Assembly (NCBI GenBank): GCA_010093995.1
Contig: ML992503.1
Location: 2,062,919 to 2,126,918, forward strand
Length of the DNA: 64,000 nt
Direction: 5' to 3'
DNA from: Elsinoe ampelina
Taxonomy: Eukaryota
The notes beneath the pieces were generated by a model. It ran no database searches. It saw nothing but the letters and a program-made list of their open reading frames with translations, and was not told where the DNA came from. Position 1 is the stretch's first letter; the number at the start of each line of letters is the position of its first letter. Below are positions 60,203 to 64,000 of this stretch, piece after piece. The position numbers were made by a program, and so were the translations under genes.

Positions 60203-61363
60203 TCACCCATTCCCATCCTCCTCCAGCGCCAACCTCAAATCCTCCCCCGTCAACAGCGTACACATGATAACAAAATACACCTCCTCAGTGACCAAATCCT
60301 TCAAAAAGAACCTCACCTTATGACTCCCACCTCCCCCCTTCGCCCCTCCCTCCCCCGCTCCATTCCCCAGGTACTTCAAGACCGGCACGCTGAACCCCGG
60401 TAGTTTCAACGCATAAGCCTTCCAATCGATATACCCATTCGAAAAATCAAAATAATACCTCCTCCCTTGCTGCAGGACAAACTTCTCCCTATTGCGCTCC
60501 GAGTTGAGGTGTTTCCGCCTTTTCCCCGCGTCCGAGGGGAGCGAGTTGGCTTTGCGGTGGGCTTGCGCCTCGGGGGAGACGGAGCCCTCGACTAGAAGAT
60601 GTGGGTCGGGGAAGGAGAGGGCGGAGAGGTCTTGTGCGGAGGAGGAGGAGGAAGGGGGGGAAGGGGATGGGGATGCTGAAGGGGAGGCGGCTGACGAGGG
60701 CCGGGAGGGAGGGGGGGACGGGGCGGCGCCGGGTCCGGGGGAGAGGTGGGGCGAGGATGTGGTTTGCCCTGGCGCATCCGCCGACGCAGGGGGTGGCGAA
60801 GGTGAAGCTGCCCCCGAGCGGTCGCCCACGCAGAGAGTAGTGGTTGCGCCGGCGACGACGGGGCCGCGCACCCAGGGCTCGTCGACGCCGGCGTCGCAGC
60901 TGAGACTGGGGTCGATGAATTCCTTTACGATTTTGAAGGCGGTGTTGATGAGGCTTTTTGGGATGCCGAATTTGCGGACGGGGTTGTGCCCTGTGTCGAT
61001 GCCGAAGTAGAGGTTGGAGGCCGGGATGTCCTTGGGTGGGGTGAAGGCGAAGGCGACGCTGAAGGTGTCTTTGCTGTGTTGGGGGAGGTCGAAGTATTCG
61101 GGCACCGAGGCGGGGGAGGCGGAGGGGAGTCCGGTGTAGTCTCTTATTCGTAGGGAGATGGCTACGTTGTCTGATATAGGGTGAGGGTCTGGAGAATTGA
61201 CCGTCACGATACGCTGCAGTGACTTGTCGTATGTGGGCCCAGCGGTGATGCGCAGGCGGAAATTCTTGGTCTTGTCCTCGCCATTGGCGTCGAGGTTGGC
61301 CTTTTCAGTAGAGGATGTACCTGTGGCCGCAGAGACGACCTTCTCCTTGATCAGGGATGCCAT
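60203..61363 (-). CDS. DUF1769 family protein
   Basis: RLRITAGPTYD, RIRDYTGLP, IDPSL, KRRKH and FDFSNGYIDW...LKLPGF segments with a Ser/Pro-rich insert. Confidence 0.75.
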   Translation of the reverse strand: MASLIKEKVVSAATGTSSTEKANLDANGEDKTKNFRLRITAGPTYDKSLQRIVTVNSPDPHPISDNVAISLRIRDYTGLPSASPASVPEYFDLPQHSKDTFSVAFAFTPPKDIPASNLYFGIDTGHNPVRKFGIPKSLINTAFKIVKEFIDPSLSCDAGVDEPWVRGPVVAGATTTLCVGDRSGAASPSPPPASADAPGQTTSSPHLSPGPGAAPSPPPSRPSSAASPSASPSPSPPSSSSSAQDLSALSFPDPHLLVEGSVSPEAQAHRKANSLPSDAGKRRKHLNSERNREKFVLQQGRRYYFDFSNGYIDWKAYALKLPGFSVPVLKYLGNGAGEGGAKGGGGSHKVRFFLKDLVTEEVYFVIMCTLLTGEDLRLALEEDGNG

Positions 61364-61860
61364 GGCTGTGATCGTTCCGGAGGGGTCCGAGCTGGTGTCG
61401 GCAATGGAGGGGCAAGGGGGCGACGAGGGATATTGCTACTACCTTCTTTTATTGATGTATCATATGATTGATCCAGGAGTCCAGAAGTAATGATGTTCAA
61501 ACGGGAGAAGATATACAAACCACAAAAGGTATTCTGAACAAAACACAGGCGCCGACATTCTAGACCATGTGACGTCGTGTCCCTGATTCAATTGATGCGC
61601 TCAGAATTGCAGAGCCAAAAGCCGCGCGCCTGCTACGCCCCGTTTCACATTGACCCGGATGTGCTCGATCCGTAGAATCATGCTTTTGAGGGGAGAATAT
61701 GGCCGCATCATACGTCCTTTGGTTTTGACAATTGTATCTACACATCGAACAAATCTAATCACCGTCCACAATGCAAAACCCGCAGGTCTGATCTGCCATC
61801 ATGCAGGGTCAATTCCTGGCGCCCATCTATATGCTCCAGCACATGGTACCTTTAACCATA

Positions 61861-64000
61861 TCAATTCGCAACAGCATCGCCATCGTCATCTCGCTCTTCC
61901 TTGGGCGGCTTCTGCAATTGCGTCTTCCATACACCCTCGGCTTCAGCCTTGTCGAGACCGGGGAACATGAGCTCAAACACTTGCTGGTACCATTCGACTG
62001 GCTTGCCCTCAATGCCCTCTTTTATGTTCTGCTGATTGTCAGTCATTCAACCACCAATATCTAAAAATTGAAACATACCTGTGGTAATTCAAGCCAGTCA
62101 CTCGTGTTGTCCTTGGGGAAGACAACCATCTTCGCACCAGCACGCTTGGCTGCCACAGTCTTCTCCCGGAGACCGCCTATCCGAAGCACTTTGCCAGTTA
62201 CTGTGAGCTCGCCCGTCATGGCAATCGTAGGGTCAATGGGCTTGTCCAATGCCAGTGAGAGCAGACTGGTGGCCATGGTGATACCTGCGCTGGGACCGTC
62301 CTTCTGTACCGCACCTTCAGGACAATGCAAATGTATCCGCGCCTTGTCAAAGAATTTATTCTGTGGATAATTCCGTGCAATCAGACTCTTTGCGAATGAG
62401 TATGCGATCTGTGTCGACTCCTTCATGACAGGTCGGAGGTTACCAGTTCGTTCAAAGCCAGGTCTCGAGTTGTATGCAAGAGCGCTCTCCAGTATCGATT
62501 CGACGTACAAAGCAGCACCGCCCATTTGTGTCCATGCGAGCCCCATGGCAACTCCGGGTGGAGTCGTGTCGTACAATCTGTCGGCTGTGAAGATAGGTGG
62601 GCCGACATAGTCCTTCAGGTTATCCTTTCCAATGCTAACATGCACACCTTCAGGCACTTTCAAGGCCACCCGTGGTGTCTCGGTCGTCTCCTTTTCCATC
62701 TCAGACTCCGATGGCGTCTCCTTGACGTCCGTCTCATCCTTCTTGGATTGCTCCTGTGCGGCCTTGCCTTCTTCCGTTAATGCCTTCTCTTCGGACAAGA
62801 CTTCCTCGCCCAGATCTTGGACAATCTTTAGCGCCGACTTTCGATAGACCTTCTCGATCTGCTTCTTCAAATTTCGCACACCGGACTCGCGACAGTATTT
62901 GTTGATGAGCTCGGCAATGGCTTCCTTTTCGAGGTTGACATCAACATCCTTCAGTCCGCTAAGCTCCTTGGCTGCAGGTGCGAGATATCTCTCAGCAATC
63001 GCCATCTTCTCATCGGCCACGTAGCCAGACAGCTCAATCATCTCCATGCGATCCAGTAATGGCCGTGGAATGGTATCTGTCATGTTGGCGGTGCAAACGA
63101 AGAGCACTTTCGAGAGATCGACAGGGACATCCATGTAGTGGTCAAGGAACGAACTGTTCTGTTCCGGATCGAGCAGCTCCAGGAGTGCCGATGAAGGATC
63201 CCCCTGGTGCCCACGTCCAATTTTGTCCACTTCATCGATGAGCACGAGCGGGTTCTCTGTTTGGCATTTCTTCAAGGCTTGGATAATGCGACCTGGCAGT
63301 GCGCCAACGTACGTTCTCCGGTGACCCTTGATCTCAGCTACGTCGGTCAAGCCACCAACGCTGAAGCGATAGTACTGTCGGTTCAGAGCGCGTGCGATCG
63401 ACTTTCCGATACTGGTCTTTCCTACACCAGGCGGACCGACCATGCACAGGATCTTACCCTCGACTGTGCCGCGTAGCTTACCAACGGCGATGAACTCCAG
63501 AATGCGGTCCTTGACGTCCTTTAGGCCGTGGTGATCTTCATCCAAGACCTTCATGGCATTCTGAATCCCAAAGTTCTCAGCGCTCCTTTGACCCCAAGGA
63601 ATCTGCGTCAGCCAGTCCAGATAGTTCCTAGTCACGTTGAATTCGCTAGCGGCTGGCTCAAGATGCGCGAGCTTGTTAAGCTCCTCGTCGAACACCTTGC
63701 GAACAGCGTCAGGCATGGCAAGCTTGCCAGCACGCTCCTTGAACTTCTCCACCATCTTGTCCTTGCCATCGCTCTCGAGTCCAAGCTCGCGCTTGATACC
63801 CTTCATTTGCTCCATGAGCCAGTATTCACGTTGTCGCTTCTGGATCTTGCTCTCCACATCTTTGCTGATCTTTGAGCTGAGTTGCGCGTTCATGTGCTCC
63901 CGCTTGATGACAGTCAAGGCCCTCCGCAGACGCTCCTCGATGTCCAAGCTTGCGAGAACTCCTTGTGCCTCCTCCATCTCGCCGCCAGAAATCGCTGCAG
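61861..64000 (-). CDS. PIM1: Mitochondrial Lon protease (5' part outside the window)
   Basis: Walker [17 protein letters not shown], catalytic KDGPSAG and IGGLREK. Final exon NIKEGIEG...* ends at 61861. Confidence 0.95.

Overview
Eukaryotic, intron-containing DNA from a filamentous ascomycete (Pezizomycotina; possibly a Chaetothyriales black yeast, which is an inference only). The window opens in a RIP-like, TpA-rich copia/Ty5-type retrotransposon end (5' LTR plus tRNA-iMet half-molecule PBS). An accessory block follows (1-15.2 kb): an acyltransferase-3 gene, a decayed epoxide-hydrolase-like gene and a compact six-gene catabolic-type cluster (alpha/beta hydrolase, AtuA/DUF1446, MFS sugar-porter, SDR, cyclase-family hydrolase, Zn2Cys6 regulator) whose promoters share the motif TCGGCTTCTT. 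The rest is mostly core genes (TAD1, prolidase, KRE9, PTH11-like, Ca2+/H+ exchanger, GPR1/FUN34, SSADH, RAD4-like, BEM1, THP3-like, PNS1, LrgAB-like, GLO3, PIM1). It also holds a 112-bp MITE, a secreted Cys-containing protein and a decayed region near 53.5-57 kb. The most striking observation is a tRNA-Ser(CGA) gene at 59582-59724. It carries a normal 12-nt tRNA intron and also a 50-nt insertion in the anticodon stem with the signals of a spliceosomal GC-AG intron. Exon boundaries were read by eye, and product calls come from motif recognition, not database searches.
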